Positions 1-11,215 of a DNA stretch of 64,000 nucleotides are shown here, one piece after another. Position 1 is the first letter of the stretch; every line of letters starts with the position of its first letter. The notes under the pieces are model-generated. The model was not told the origin of the DNA, ran no database searches, and saw nothing but the letters and a program-made list of their open reading frames with translations. Position numbers and translations under genes: made by a program. This DNA is from Escherichia coli (GTDB taxonomy: Bacteria > Pseudomonadota > Gammaproteobacteria > Enterobacterales > Enterobacteriaceae): assembly GCF_024502345.1 (NCBI RefSeq), contig NZ_JALDNN010000001.1, one strand, 5' to 3'.

Positions 1-347
1 AATGTTTGCAAACGCTGGAGCGAGTGGTTGAAACCGGCGTGGACGGCATAAAGCTGCATCCGCTGCATATTGTGAAAGGCAGCATTATGGCGAAAGCCTG
101 GGAAGCGGGGCGTTTGAACGGTATTGAACTGGAGGATTACACGCTCACTGCCGGAGAAATGATTCGCCATACGCCACCGGAAGTGATCTACCACCGCATT
201 TCCGCCAGCGCCCGTCGTCCGACGCTGCTTGCTCCTCTGTGGTGCGAAAATCGATGGACGGGAATGGTCGAGCTGGATCGCTATCTGAATGAACATGGCG
301 TACAGGGATCGGCGCTGGGACGTCCGTGGCTACCTCCTACGGAGTAG
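1..347 (+). CDS. yhcC: radical SAM family protein YhcC, C-terminal part (gene begins upstream of the window)
   Basis: Open frame from window start to stop at 347; sits immediately upstream of arcB as in K-12; identity from synteny only. Confidence 0.7.
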   Translation, partial: CLQTLERVVETGVDGIKLHPLHIVKGSIMAKAWEAGRLNGIELEDYTLTAGEMIRHTPPEVIYHRISASARRPTLLAPLWCENRWTGMVELDRYLNEHGVQGSALGRPWLPPTE

Positions 348-442
348 GTCGTTGAGGGGAATTCCGCATTTCTCACACAATTTATAACGTAACTGTCAGA
401 ATTGGGTATTATTGGGGCAGGTTGTCGTGAAGGAATTCCCTA

Positions 443-2779
443 ATGAAGCAAATTCGTCTGCTGGCGCAGTATTATGTTGACCTGATGATGAAGTTAGGTC
501 TGGTGCGCTTCTCAATGTTGCTGGCGCTGGCCCTCGTCGTTCTTGCCATTGTGGTACAAATGGCGGTAACCATGGTGCTGCATGGTCAGGTCGAAAGCAT
601 TGATGTTATTCGTTCTATCTTCTTTGGTTTGCTGATTACGCCGTGGGCGGTCTACTTTCTATCGGTGGTCGTCGAGCAACTGGAGGAGTCACGACAACGT
701 CTGTCACGGCTGGTGCAAAAACTGGAGGAGATGCGCGAGCGCGATTTGAGCCTCAACGTTCAGTTAAAAGATAATATTGCCCAGCTAAATCAGGAAATTG
801 CCGTTCGTGAAAAAGCGGAAGCAGAACTGCAGGAAACCTTCGGCCAACTGAAAATTGAAATCAAAGAGCGCGAAGAGACACAAATTCAGCTCGAGCAGCA
901 ATCCTCATTCTTACGTTCCTTCCTTGATGCTTCACCCGACCTGGTTTTTTATCGTAACGAAGATAAAGAGTTTTCCGGCTGTAACCGCGCGATGGAGCTG
1001 CTGACCGGAAAAAGCGAAAAACAACTGGTTCATCTGAAACCTGCTGATGTTTACTCACCGGAAGCCGCTGCGAAAGTCATTGAAACCGATGAAAAAGTGT
1101 TCCGTCATAATGTGTCACTGACCTATGAACAGTGGCTGGATTACCCGGACGGGCGCAAAGCCTGCTTTGAAATCCGTAAAGTGCCGTACTACGACCGCGT
1201 GGGTAAACGTCACGGTTTGATGGGCTTTGGTCGCGACATTACCGAGCGTAAGCGGTATCAGGATGCGCTTGAACGGGCCAGCCGCGACAAAACGACGTTT
1301 ATCTCCACCATCAGTCACGAATTGCGTACACCGCTGAACGGTATCGTCGGCCTGAGCCGCATTCTGCTGGATACCGAACTCACCGCCGAGCAGGAAAAAT
1401 ATCTCAAAACTATCCATGTTTCGGCCGTCACGCTGGGGAATATCTTTAACGATATTATCGACATGGATAAGATGGAACGGCGCAAGGTCCAGCTTGATAA
1501 TCAGCCGGTTGATTTCACCAGCTTCCTTGCCGATCTGGAAAATCTCTCCGCATTGCAGGCGCAACAAAAAGGATTGCGCTTTAACCTGGAGCCTACGCTG
1601 CCATTACCGCATCAGGTCATTACCGACGGGACGCGTTTACGGCAGATCCTGTGGAACCTCATCAGTAACGCCGTCAAATTCACCCAGCAAGGCCAGGTTA
1701 CCGTGCGCGTGCGCTACGATGAAGGCGATATGCTGCATTTTGAAGTGGAAGACTCTGGTATCGGCATTCCGCAGGATGAGCTGGATAAAATCTTCGCCAT
1801 GTATTACCAGGTGAAAGACAGTCATGGCGGTAAACCTGCCACCGGCACCGGTATTGGTCTGGCCGTTTCTCGTCGTCTGGCGAAAAATATGGGCGGCGAT
1901 ATTACGGTTACCAGCGAACAGGGCAAAGGTTCAACCTTTACGTTGACGATCCACGCACCGTCGGTGGCAGAAGAGGTCGATGATGCGTTTGATGAAGACG
2001 ATATGCCTTTACCGGCGCTGAATGTGCTACTGGTGGAAGACATTGAACTGAACGTGATTGTTGCGCGTTCTGTGCTGGAAAAATTAGGTAACAGCGTTGA
2101 TGTCGCCATGACCGGCAAGGCGGCGCTGGAGATGTTTAAACCGGGCGAATACGACCTGGTGTTGCTGGATATTCAGTTGCCAGATATGACCGGGCTGGAT
2201 ATCTCTCGTGAACTGACGAAGCGTTATCCGCGCGAGGATTTACCGCCGCTGGTGGCCTTAACCGCTAACGTGCTGAAAGACAAACAAGAGTACCTCAATG
2301 CTGGAATGGATGATGTGCTGAGTAAGCCGCTTTCTGTTCCGGCGCTAACCGCGATGATCAAGAAATTCTGGGATACCCAGGATGATGAGGAGAGTACGGT
2401 GACGACAGAAGAGAACAGTAAATCAGAAGCATTGCTCGATATTCCCATGCTGGAACAGTATCTCGAACTTGTAGGACCGAAGCTGATCACCGACGGGTTA
2501 GCGGTGTTTGAGAAGATGATGCCAGGCTATGTCAGCGTGCTGGAGTCGAATCTGACGGCGCAGGATAAAAAAGGCATTGTTGAGGAAGGACATAAAATTA
2601 AAGGTGCGGCGGGGTCAGTGGGGTTACGCCATCTGCAACAGCTGGGTCAGCAAATTCAGTCTCCTGACCTTCCTGCCTGGGAAGATAACGTCGGTGAATG
2701 GATTGAAGAGATGAAAGAAGAGTGGCGTCACGACGTAGAAGTGCTGAAAGCGTGGGTGGCAAAAGCCACTAAAAAATGA
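443..2779 (+). CDS. arcB: aerobic respiration control sensor kinase ArcB
   Basis: 778 aa; N-terminal membrane segment, H-box (SHELRTPLN), ATPase, receiver and HPt regions; length and sequence as recalled for ArcB. Confidence 0.97.
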   Translation: MKQIRLLAQYYVDLMMKLGLVRFSMLLALALVVLAIVVQMAVTMVLHGQVESIDVIRSIFFGLLITPWAVYFLSVVVEQLEESRQRLSRLVQKLEEMRERDLSLNVQLKDNIAQLNQEIAVREKAEAELQETFGQLKIEIKEREETQIQLEQQSSFLRSFLDASPDLVFYRNEDKEFSGCNRAMELLTGKSEKQLVHLKPADVYSPEAAAKVIETDEKVFRHNVSLTYEQWLDYPDGRKACFEIRKVPYYDRVGKRHGLMGFGRDITERKRYQDALERASRDKTTFISTISHELRTPLNGIVGLSRILLDTELTAEQEKYLKTIHVSAVTLGNIFNDIIDMDKMERRKVQLDNQPVDFTSFLADLENLSALQAQQKGLRFNLEPTLPLPHQVITDGTRLRQILWNLISNAVKFTQQGQVTVRVRYDEGDMLHFEVEDSGIGIPQDELDKIFAMYYQVKDSHGGKPATGTGIGLAVSRRLAKNMGGDITVTSEQGKGSTFTLTIHAPSVAEEVDDAFDEDDMPLPALNVLLVEDIELNVIVARSVLEKLGNSVDVAMTGKAALEMFKPGEYDLVLLDIQLPDMTGLDISRELTKRYPREDLPPLVALTANVLKDKQEYLNAGMDDVLSKPLSVPALTAMIKKFWDTQDDEESTVTTEENSKSEALLDIPMLEQYLELVGPKLITDGLAVFEKMMPGYVSVLESNLTAQDKKGIVEEGHKIKGAAGSVGLRHLQQLGQQIQSPDLPAWEDNVGEWIEEMKEEWRHDVEVLKAWVAKATKK

Positions 2780-2891
2780 CCCCGGCTAGACCGGGGTGCG
2801 CGAATACTGCGCCAACACCAGGGAAATCTTGGCTGCGCCGTAAATTATTATGATGAGTTACAAGGGCACAGCACTGTTTTTCAGGCCGCAC
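2771..2891 (-). ncRNA. arcZ: ArcZ small RNA (SraH/RyhA)
   Basis: 121 nt; reverse complement reads GTGCGGCCTGAAAAACAGTGCTG...GGTCTAGCCGGGGTCATTTTTT, matching ArcZ as I recall it; 3' hairpin plus U-tract at 2771-2798 overlaps the arcB stop. Confidence 0.85.
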
Positions 2892-3008
2892 GCAGTTAAG
2901 ATAGCAAAACTTAAATGATTTGTTACATGAATCAGTTAAATGTGTGATGCGTACCATTTTTATTAAAAAAATTAATGTGTTTCAGTCAATTGCGAAAGGA
3001 TGATCACA

Positions 3009-3662
3009 ATGAAGAAAATTGGCGTAATTCTGAGCGGATGCGGCGTCTATGACGGTTCTGAAATTCATGAAGCGGTGTTGACGTTGTTAGCTATTTCACG
3101 CAGCGGTGCGCAGGCGGTCTGCTTTGCACCGGATAAGCAGCAGGTTGATGTTATCAACCATTTAACTGGCGAAGCGATGACGGAAACGCGCAACGTGCTG
3201 ATTGAAGCGGCACGAATAACGCGCGGTGAAATCCGTCCTCTGGCCCAGGCCGATGCCGCTGAACTGGATGCGTTGATTGTGCCGGGGGGGTTTGGCGCGG
3301 CGAAGAATTTAAGCAATTTTGCCACTCTTGGTAGCGAATGCACCGTTGACCGTGAATTAAAGGCGCTGGCACAAGCGATGCATCAGGCCGGAAAACCGCT
3401 TGGTTTTATGTGTATTGCCCCGGCGATGCTGCCGAAAATTTTCGATTTCCCGCTGCGTTTGACCATCGGTACTGATATCGATACCGCAGAAGTGCTGGAA
3501 GAGATGGGCGCGGAGCATGTGCCGTGTCCTGTCGATGATATCGTGGTTGATGAAGACAATAAGATTGTCACCACCCCAGCATATATGCTGGCGCAGAACA
3601 TTGCAGAAGCGGCGAGCGGCATTGATAAGCTGGTTTCCCGCGTGCTGGTTCTGGCTGAATGA
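3009..3662 (+). CDS. elbB: glyoxalase ElbB (DJ-1/PfpI-like)
   Basis: 217 aa from ATG at 3009 (track ORF starts 9 nt earlier); [21 protein letters not shown]. Confidence 0.9.
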   Translation: MKKIGVILSGCGVYDGSEIHEAVLTLLAISRSGAQAVCFAPDKQQVDVINHLTGEAMTETRNVLIEAARITRGEIRPLAQADAAELDALIVPGGFGAAKNLSNFATLGSECTVDRELKALAQAMHQAGKPLGFMCIAPAMLPKIFDFPLRLTIGTDIDTAEVLEEMGAEHVPCPVDDIVVDEDNKIVTTPAYMLAQNIAEAASGIDKLVSRVLVLAE

Positions 3663-4387
3663 GTAAAAGCCGCTTAACGGTGTTTAGTTTCGTTCGCCGT
3701 TTTCTTTTGCGGTTAATGGTTGTCCTCGCCGTTTTCTGGGGCGGGGGCATCGCGTTGTTTAGCGTTGCGCCTGTTCCCTTCTCAGCGGTAATGGTCGAGC
3801 GACAGGTCAGCGCCTGGCTGCATGGCAATTTTCGTTACGTGGCACATTCTGACTGGGTCAGTATGGATCAAATCTCGCCGTGGATGGGACTGGCGGTGAT
3901 TGCCGCAGAAGATCAGAAATTTCCTGAGCACTGGGGCTTTGATGTCGCTTCCATTGAGAAAGCCCTGGCGCACAATGAGCGCAATGAAAACCGTATTCGC
4001 GGTGCTTCAACGATTTCTCAACAGACAGCCAAAAATCTCTTTTTATGGGATGGGCGTAGCTGGGTTCGAAAAGGGCTGGAAGCCGGATTAACGCTGGGGA
4101 TAGAAACTGTCTGGAGCAAAAAGCGTATCCTGACGGTTTACCTGAATATCGCCGAATTTGGCGACGGTGTGTTTGGCGTCGAAGCTGCGGCACAACGTTA
4201 TTTCCACAAACCCGCGAGCAAACTTACCCGATCGGAAGCTGCCTTACTGGCAGCTGTATTACCTAATCCACTTCGTTTCAAAGTCTCCGCGCCATCGGGC
4301 TACGTGCGCAGCCGTCAGGCGTGGATTTTACGGCAGATGTATCAGTTAGGCGGTGAGCCGTTTATGCAACAACACCAGCTGGATTAA
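3659..4387 (+). CDS. mtgA: monofunctional peptidoglycan glycosyltransferase MtgA
   Basis: 242 aa; transglycosylase motifs; 4-nt overlap with elbB stop. Confidence 0.92.
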   Translation: MSKSRLTVFSFVRRFLLRLMVVLAVFWGGGIALFSVAPVPFSAVMVERQVSAWLHGNFRYVAHSDWVSMDQISPWMGLAVIAAEDQKFPEHWGFDVASIEKALAHNERNENRIRGASTISQQTAKNLFLWDGRSWVRKGLEAGLTLGIETVWSKKRILTVYLNIAEFGDGVFGVEAAAQRYFHKPASKLTRSEAALLAAVLPNPLRFKVSAPSGYVRSRQAWILRQMYQLGGEPFMQQHQLD

Positions 4388-5016
4388 GCTTCGCGCGAAG
4401 CGAGGGCCAGCGTTTTGCTCTCACGAGGTTGCAGATCTTTCTGCAGGGCAATAGCCAGCGCCGGTTGGGCGATAAATCGTTTCCACAACCGCTCTTGCTT
4501 ACGCAGACAACACCACTTTGACCAGGTCGCCAGTGGAATCAATGTGCTTTCACCAATGTTGTCGCAGACAACGGGGATAACCTCTGACTCACTAATGCGG
4601 TGACAGAGGATATTCTGCGGCTTCAGCGACATCGTCACGATACGGTTATCCTGCAAATAACACTTCAGATGTTTCAGTAACTGGCGCAGTTGTGCAACGT
4701 CTTCTTCGTAACGGCATTGTTCAGCAAATTCGGTCAGCGTAATGGAGGGCTTGCCGTCAAAATCGGCAATCACATCGTAGACATAACCGGTTCCGCAATC
4801 CGTCTCAACGGTACCGTGATAGCGCGGTATTCCACTCCAGTCTTTTAACCGGCGACCAAGATGCGCGTAGTACTTTAACTCACGACGGATCTCTTTATCG
4901 CCACCATCGCCACGATGGTAGACAATCTTGATACAGCGTTGGGCATCTTCCGGATGCGCATAACATTTCCGATGTCTTCCGGTGCCCAGGGGACTTTGTT
5001 CAGATAAGCGAATCAT
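4384..5016 (-). CDS. yrbL: protein YrbL
   Basis: 210 aa ORF, convergent with mtgA; sequence and position as in K-12. Confidence 0.85.
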   Translation of the reverse strand: MIRLSEQSPLGTGRHRKCYAHPEDAQRCIKIVYHRGDGGDKEIRRELKYYAHLGRRLKDWSGIPRYHGTVETDCGTGYVYDVIADFDGKPSITLTEFAEQCRYEEDVAQLRQLLKHLKCYLQDNRIVTMSLKPQNILCHRISESEVIPVVCDNIGESTLIPLATWSKWCCLRKQERLWKRFIAQPALAIALQKDLQPRESKTLALASREA

Positions 5017-5229
5017 GCCATCTCCTGGAAATATTTTCTGACGATCTCCAGTATGGTCGATTAACTTAAACGAAACCTAAACAATGCTTCTTAAGGTTTT
5101 CTTAAGGTTCTTCTGAAAGTAAAAAGCGCACGAAATGTACAATTGACGTTGATTGAGAACGATTTCAGTACGTGATTTTCTTATTGTCGGGGGGAGTTTG
5201 AAGGGAGTTGTATGTCAAAGTGATGAAGA

Positions 5230-5502
5230 TTAATCTTCATCAAAACCAGAATTAAAGAGGGCGATAACGGCGGCCAGTGCTTCCTCTTCCTGTGGACCGG
5301 TCGCTTCAACTTCAATCTGCCGCCCTTTGGCAGAATCCAACATCAGCAGCGCAATAACGCTGTTGGCTTCAGCCTCGGTGCCTTCGTCATTACGTAACAG
5401 CACTTCAGCGTCAAAACCCTGCATTAATTCAAACAGCTTCATTGCAGGCCGGGCATGCATGCCCAGCTTGTTTGTGATTTCAACAGTTTGCTTGACGGTC
5501 AT
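5230..5502 (-). CDS. npr: phosphocarrier protein NPr
   Basis: 90 aa HPr-like protein ([10 protein letters not shown]); last gene of the rpoN operon. Confidence 0.93.
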
Positions 5503-6353
5503 GGTTTACGTTTTTCCAGCGTACGATGGCGTGACTGGACGTTTTTACCGCGCGAGCGGAAGTAGTCAGCCAGTTGCTCTGCAATATACACCGAACGGTG
5601 CTTCCCGCCGGTACAACCAATGGCGACCGTCAAGTAGCTACGGTTGTTGGTTTCCAGCATAGGTAACCATAGCTCAAGATAGCTTCGCGTCTGGTAGATA
5701 AAATTGTGTACTTCTGTGTGGCGGTCGAGGAACGCGGCGACAGGTTTATCAAGACCCGTCATTGGACGCAGTTTCGGATCCCAGTGCGGGTTCGGCAAGA
5801 AGCGCACGTCAAAGACGTAATCTGCATCGATAGGGATACCGTGTTTGAAGCCGAAAGACTCAAAGACCATGGTCAGTTCGCGTTCACGTTTACCCAGCAG
5901 ACGGGTACGCAGCATTTCAGCCAGCTCGTGAACGGACATTTCTGAGGTATCGACAATCAGATCCGCTCGCGAACGCAGAGGCTCCAGCAAATCGCTTTCT
6001 TTGTCGATAGCACTTTCCAGCGACAGGTTTTTGCTGGAAAGCGGATGCAGTCGGCGCGTGTCACTGTAACGACGAATTAAGGTATTACGGTCGGCATCCA
6101 GGAACAGGAGTTGCGGTGAGAAAGCGTCAGGCAGGTTACTCATCGCCTGTTCGAATATTTCTGGTGACTCCGGCATATTACGAACATCAATGCTGACGGC
6201 GGCAGAAATCTCGCGATCGGCCAGGGTTCGAGCCAGATCGGGTAACAACACTACGGGAAGGTTATCCACGCAGTAAAAACCCATATCTTCCAGCGCACGC
6301 AGGGCGACAGATTTACCTGAACCTGAACGTCCGCTGACGATCATCAGTACCAT
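5499..6353 (-). CDS. rapZ: RNase adapter protein RapZ
   Basis: 284 aa; Walker A GRSGSGKS; 4-nt overlap with npr. Confidence 0.93.
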
Positions 6354-6398
6354 GTACTGTTTCTCCTCACAACGTCTAAAAGAGACATTACCGAATAA

Positions 6399-6890
6399 CT
6401 ACGCTTCATCCGGAGTACCTTCGGTATCCGTAATGATTTGATACAGCTCTTCATCGCTCTGGGCTGCGCGTAAACGGCGGCAGATGGTTTTGTCCGCCAG
6501 ACGTTTCGCCACCAGCGACAGAGTATGCAGGTGCGTTTTAGTTTGGTCTGCCGGCACCAGCAGGGCAAAAAGTAAGTCCACCGGTTGGTTGTCGATGGCA
6601 TCGAAAGCTATAGGCGTTTCGAGCTGAACGAAAACGCCAACGGCGCGCAGAGTATCTTCTTCCAGTTTGCCATGCGGAATGGCAATACCATTGCCGATAC
6701 CGGTACTGCCCATTTTTTCCCGCGTCAGGATAGCTTCAAAAACCACCTGAGGCGGCAGGCTAAGTTGTTTCGCCGCCAGCTCGCTGATGATTTCCAGGGC
6801 GCGTTTTTTGCTCTGACAGTGGACGCGGCTTCGCGTACATTCCCTGTTAAGAACACTGCTAAGCTGTAGAGTTGTATCATTATTTGTCAT
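6399..6890 (-). CDS. ptsN: nitrogen-related PTS EIIA, PtsN
   Basis: 163 aa from ATG at 6890 (MTNNDTTLQL); track ORF is 8 codons longer. Confidence 0.9.
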   Translation of the reverse strand: MTNNDTTLQLSSVLNRECTRSRVHCQSKKRALEIISELAAKQLSLPPQVVFEAILTREKMGSTGIGNGIAIPHGKLEEDTLRAVGVFVQLETPIAFDAIDNQPVDLLFALLVPADQTKTHLHTLSLVAKRLADKTICRRLRAAQSDEELYQIITDTEGTPDEA

Positions 6891-7007
6891 AATTTCACCT
6901 AAGAACCTGCCCACTCAAACAGTGGAACAGGCTCGGAGCATTAACCGTACAAATGGCCCGTTGTGCCGCACAACAGGCCGCCATGCACATGCTAATTGCC
7001 CGGACAA

Positions 7008-7295
7008 TTAGTGTTGTTTCAGTTTATCTTTATGTTTGGTCAACTGGCGTGCCAGCTTATCAATTAAGCCATCAATGGCAGCGTACATGTCCTGACCTTC
7101 CGCGCTGGCATGAATTTCACCACCGTTTACATGCAGTGTTGCATCTGAGGTGTGGGTGACTTTCTCCACTTTCAGAACAACATAGACCTGGTTGATTCGG
7201 TCAAAATATTGCTCAAGTTTGGCAAATTTGGCTGTAACAAATTCGCGCAGTGCCTCGGTGATCTCGACGTTATTTCCGGTAATGTTGAGCTGCAT
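7008..7295 (-). CDS. hpf: ribosome hibernation promoting factor
   Basis: 95 aa from ATG at 7295 (MQLNITGNNVEIT); track ORF is 28 codons longer. Confidence 0.9.
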   Translation of the reverse strand: MQLNITGNNVEITEALREFVTAKFAKLEQYFDRINQVYVVLKVEKVTHTSDATLHVNGGEIHASAEGQDMYAAIDGLIDKLARQLTKHKDKLKQH

Positions 7296-7317
7296 AGTGT
7301 CTTCCTTATCGGTTGGG

Positions 7318-8751
7318 TCAAACGAGCTGTTTACGCTGGTTTGACGGCGGAATGGATAAAGACTCTCGGTACTTCGCAACAGTGCGGCGTGCCACCATGA
7401 TACCTTGTTCCGACAGCAAAGAGGTTAACTTGCTGTCGCTCAACGGTTTCGCTGGGTTTTCCGCCGCGATTAATTTCTTCACCAGCGCACGAATCGCCGT
7501 GGAGGAAGCTTCGCCGCCGCCCTCGGTATTGACGTGACTGGAAAAGAAATACTTCAGTTCAAAAATGCCTCGTGGACTATGCAGGTATTTTTGCGTGGTC
7601 ACGCGAGATATCGTCGATTCATGCATTTCGACAGCCTGGGCGATATCGGCCAGTACCATCGGTTTCATATATTCTTCACCTTGCTCAAAGAAGGCTTGCT
7701 GCTGTTCAACGATACAGCGACTCACGCGCAGTAGCGTATCGTTACGGCTTTCCAGACTCTTGATCAACCATTTGGCATCCTGCAGATTGCTGCGGATAAA
7801 CTGGCTGTCACCATCGTTGCGCGCGTTATTGCACATCGAGGCGTAGTGCTGGTTGATTTGCAGACGCGGAATGCTGTCACTGTTGAGTTCTACCGTCCAG
7901 TGACCGTTATGCTTACGCACCAGCACATCTGGAATGACATACTCAGGTTCGCCAGTCTGGATCGACTGCCCGGGGCGCGGATCGAGCGACTGGATCAGAT
8001 TGACGGCTTCTTTCAGCACATCTTCTTTCAGACGCGTGACGCGCATTAAAGTGCGGAAGTCGTGATTGGCTAACAGATCGAGATGATCGCTAATGATCAG
8101 TCTGGCCTCTTCCAGCCACGGCGTGGTTTTATCGAATTGGGAGAGTTGGATTAGCAGGCAGTCACGCAGATCTTTTGCCGCTACACCGACCGGATCAAAC
8201 CGTTGGATCCGCTTAAGGACGGCTTCAACCTCGTCGATGTCGATCTCTTCATCGCCCATACTTTCGAGAATATCTTCCAGCGGGACAGTCAGATAACCGG
8301 TGTCATCAACGGCATCGACGATAGAGGTAGCAATAGCGCGGTCAGTGTCGGAAAACGGTGTCAGCTCGACCTGCCACATCAGGTAATCCTGCAAGGTCTG
8401 CGTCGTTTCGCCCTGATAGACCGGCAGCTCATCGTCAATGTAGTCACCGCTGGTGCCGGATGGTGTACCAGCGGTGTAAATGGTGTCCCAACTGGCATCG
8501 AGCGGCAGCTCTTCCGGCATCTCTTTTTGTTCGAGCGCGTCGGCGGTGTCCAGCGTTTCACTGTCTTGCGTTTCGCGGGTGTCGATTTCTTCATGAGTGT
8601 CGATTTGCTCAAGCAGCGGATTACTCTCCAGCGCCTGCTGTAGCTCCTGCTGAAGTTCCAGCGTCGACAACTGCAACAGACGAATTGCCTGTTGAAGCTG
8701 TGGCGTCATCGCCAGTTGTTGGCTAAGCCTGAGTTGCAAACCTTGCTTCAT
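7318..8751 (-). CDS. rpoN: RNA polymerase sigma-54 factor
   Basis: 477 aa; Gln-rich N-terminus, acidic region, RpoN box ([10 protein letters not shown]). Confidence 0.97.
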   Translation of the reverse strand: MKQGLQLRLSQQLAMTPQLQQAIRLLQLSTLELQQELQQALESNPLLEQIDTHEEIDTRETQDSETLDTADALEQKEMPEELPLDASWDTIYTAGTPSGTSGDYIDDELPVYQGETTQTLQDYLMWQVELTPFSDTDRAIATSIVDAVDDTGYLTVPLEDILESMGDEEIDIDEVEAVLKRIQRFDPVGVAAKDLRDCLLIQLSQFDKTTPWLEEARLIISDHLDLLANHDFRTLMRVTRLKEDVLKEAVNLIQSLDPRPGQSIQTGEPEYVIPDVLVRKHNGHWTVELNSDSIPRLQINQHYASMCNNARNDGDSQFIRSNLQDAKWLIKSLESRNDTLLRVSRCIVEQQQAFFEQGEEYMKPMVLADIAQAVEMHESTISRVTTQKYLHSPRGIFELKYFFSSHVNTEGGGEASSTAIRALVKKLIAAENPAKPLSDSKLTSLLSEQGIMVARRTVAKYRESLSIPPSNQRKQLV

Positions 8752-8798
8752 GTTCAGAATCGTACTCTCCTGCTAAAACGTCGCAAACTTCTACCCTA

Positions 8799-9524
8799 TC
8801 AGAGTCTGAAGTCTTCCCCAAGGTATACACGCTTAACGTGTTCGTCTTGTAAGATTTCTGTAGGCGTGCCGTGGGCGATCAAATGCCCCTGACTGACGAT
8901 ATAAGCGCGTTCACAAACCGCCAGTGTTTCACGCACGTTGTGGTCAGTGATCAGCACGCCCAGGCCGCTGTCGCGCAGGTGCTCAATGATGCGTTTAATG
9001 TCGATAACCGAGATCGGGTCAACCCCGGCAAACGGTTCGTCGAGCAGAATAAATTTCGGATTCGCAGCCAGTGCGCGGGCAATTTCTACACGGCGACGTT
9101 CACCCCCGGAGAGTGACTGCCCCATGCTGTCACGCAGGTGCTCAATGTGAAACTCTTCCATCAGCTCGTTCGCGCGGTCTTCACGTTGTTCAGCAGACAA
9201 GTCGTCACGAATTTGCAGTACCGCCATCAGGTTATCGTAAACGCTGAGGCGACGGAAAATGGAGGCTTCCTGCGGCAGATATCCGATACCGCGGCGCGCG
9301 CGTGCATGCAGAGGCAGCAGACTGATATCGTCATCATCAATAATGATGTTGCCCGCATCGCGCGGCACAATGCCAACAACCATATAGAAAGTGGTGGTCT
9401 TACCGGCACCGTTTGGCCCCAGCAGACCGACAATTTCCCCGGAGTTGACGGTCAGGCTGACGTCTTCTACCACGCGACGGCCTTTATAGGCTTTTGCAAG
9501 GTTCTTTGCAGTTAATGTTGCCAT
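8799..9524 (-). CDS. lptB: LPS export ABC transporter ATPase LptB
   Basis: 241 aa; Walker [13 protein letters not shown] signature LSGGERRR. Confidence 0.97.
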
Positions 9525-9530
9525 AACGAA

Positions 9531-10088
9531 TTAATTACCCTTCTTCTGTGCCGGGGTCTGGCCTTTGTTGTTTTTGTCCTGCAGCTGCGACGGCACCAGA
9601 ACGGTGGTTACGCGCTTGCCTTTGTCGCTGAAAGCCTGCATTTTCTGCTCTTTCACCAGGTAAGTGATCTTATCGCCCTTAATGTTGCTATCGACCTGCT
9701 GCAGATAAGCATTACCCGTCAGAACGACAAAATCTTTTGCCAGTTCGTAGTGCATCTGGGAAGCGTGACCTTCAACGGGTTTACCGTTGTCCTGCATCTG
9801 GTAGAACGTTGCCGGTTTACCGTAGCCGTCAATCACTTCTTTACCTTGTTCGCCACCCGGACGGGTAACGACCACTTTGTCGGCATTAATTTTGATGGTG
9901 CCCTGGGTGACGATGACATTACCGGTAAAGGTAACCACGTTGCCTTGCATATCAAGAGATTGCTGGTCCGATTCAATGTGGATCGGCTGATCAGTGTCTC
10001 CGGTTACGGCAAATGCCGGAATGCTGGCGGCCAGAAGTGAGCTGGCAAGCACAAGATTAAGGCTGAGTTTGTTTGTTTTGAATTTCAT
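9531..10088 (-). CDS. lptA: LPS transport periplasmic protein LptA
   Basis: 185 aa from ATG at 10088 (MKFKTNKLSLNL); signal peptide; overlaps lptC 3' end. Confidence 0.92.
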   Translation of the reverse strand: MKFKTNKLSLNLVLASSLLAASIPAFAVTGDTDQPIHIESDQQSLDMQGNVVTFTGNVIVTQGTIKINADKVVVTRPGGEQGKEVIDGYGKPATFYQMQDNGKPVEGHASQMHYELAKDFVVLTGNAYLQQVDSNIKGDKITYLVKEQKMQAFSDKGKRVTTVLVPSQLQDKNNKGQTPAQKKGN

Positions 10089-10632
10089 AGGATGTTCTAA
10101 CCTTTTCAATCAGCTCGGCGTTCTTGCTGCGTAAGTTGCCGCGCATTTTCAGACCGCTGGAGTTAAATGTTGTTCCGTATAACGTGACGAGGTCTTCAGA
10201 GGTAACATCCTGCGTCACCAGATTGATCTGCGCGTTATCCGTCGTGATTCTGCGAAGTTGAGAGTCCGGCACAAGTGCGTTGACTTCAACGTGTCCATAT
10301 AAATAGAGCATCCGGTCATTGGTCAGCTTGGCTTTATCTGCTTTTACGGACCATGTCGGGATTTTATCCTTATCAAACGTGGTAAGTACCGGCTGCGTAA
10401 ACCACGAAACGGCCTGATCGGAATAATATTCAACGTGTTGAGCAATCAATCGATAGCTTAGTGCCCCTTCTGGGTTATAGACGAGCGTGTCCGTATGCTC
10501 GCTTTTATAGGTGGGATCATTGTTGTTGACGACCACCTGGGCGGTATCGTCTTTTTCGGCCATATTAATGCCGATCATCACCAGAACCGCCAGTGATAGC
10601 ACAATGATAACCCAACGTCTGGCTTTACTCAT
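10057..10632 (-). CDS. lptC: LPS export protein LptC
   Basis: 191 aa; single N-terminal TM helix. Confidence 0.93.
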   Translation of the reverse strand: MSKARRWVIIVLSLAVLVMIGINMAEKDDTAQVVVNNNDPTYKSEHTDTLVYNPEGALSYRLIAQHVEYYSDQAVSWFTQPVLTTFDKDKIPTWSVKADKAKLTNDRMLYLYGHVEVNALVPDSQLRRITTDNAQINLVTQDVTSEDLVTLYGTTFNSSGLKMRGNLRSKNAELIEKVRTSYEIQNKQTQP

Positions 10633-11195
10633 ATCGATTGCCCTTTGGCTTCATCCAGTTTGCCCCGCGCCAGGAGTAATAAGTCGCAAACTTCGCGCAC
10701 TGCGCCACGACCGCCAGCAATGCGCGTCACGTAATCGGCGCGCGGGATCAACAGTGGATGCGCATCGGCCACGGCGACGCTTAAACCCACTTTTTCCATT
10801 ACCGGCCAGTCGATGAGATCATCGCCGACATAAGCCACATTTTCTGGGGCAATCGCCAATTTTTCCAGCAGATCGCTAAAGGCGATCAGTTTGTTTGACT
10901 GCCCCTGATACAAGTGAGTGATCCCCAATGTGGCACAACGATCTTCTACCAGTTTAGCCTTTCGCCCGGTAATGATAGCGACTTCAATATCAGAGGTGAG
11001 CGCACAACGAATGCCATAACCGTCACGAACATTGAACGCTTTCAGCTCTTCGCCGTTATTGCCCATATAAATCAGGCCATCTGACAGTACGCCATCAACG
11101 TCGAGGATTAGCAGACGAATGTTCTCTGCTTTTGCTATAACGTCGGCGCTGACAGGGCCGTAACAGGTCGCAAGCGACGCACCTGCTTTGCTCAT
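10629..11195 (-). CDS. kdsC: KDO 8-phosphate phosphatase KdsC
   Basis: 188 aa HAD family (ILDVDGVLSDG); 4-nt overlap with lptC. Confidence 0.93.
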   Translation of the reverse strand: MSKAGASLATCYGPVSADVIAKAENIRLLILDVDGVLSDGLIYMGNNGEELKAFNVRDGYGIRCALTSDIEVAIITGRKAKLVEDRCATLGITHLYQGQSNKLIAFSDLLEKLAIAPENVAYVGDDLIDWPVMEKVGLSVAVADAHPLLIPRADYVTRIAGGRGAVREVCDLLLLARGKLDEAKGQSI

Positions 11196-11215
11196 TGTTG
11201 TTTATCCTTGAATCT

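Noticed and set aside
2769-2957. 62-aa ORF in the arcB-elbB intergenic region
   Set aside because: Coincides with the ArcZ sRNA and its promoter; ArcZ is noncoding.
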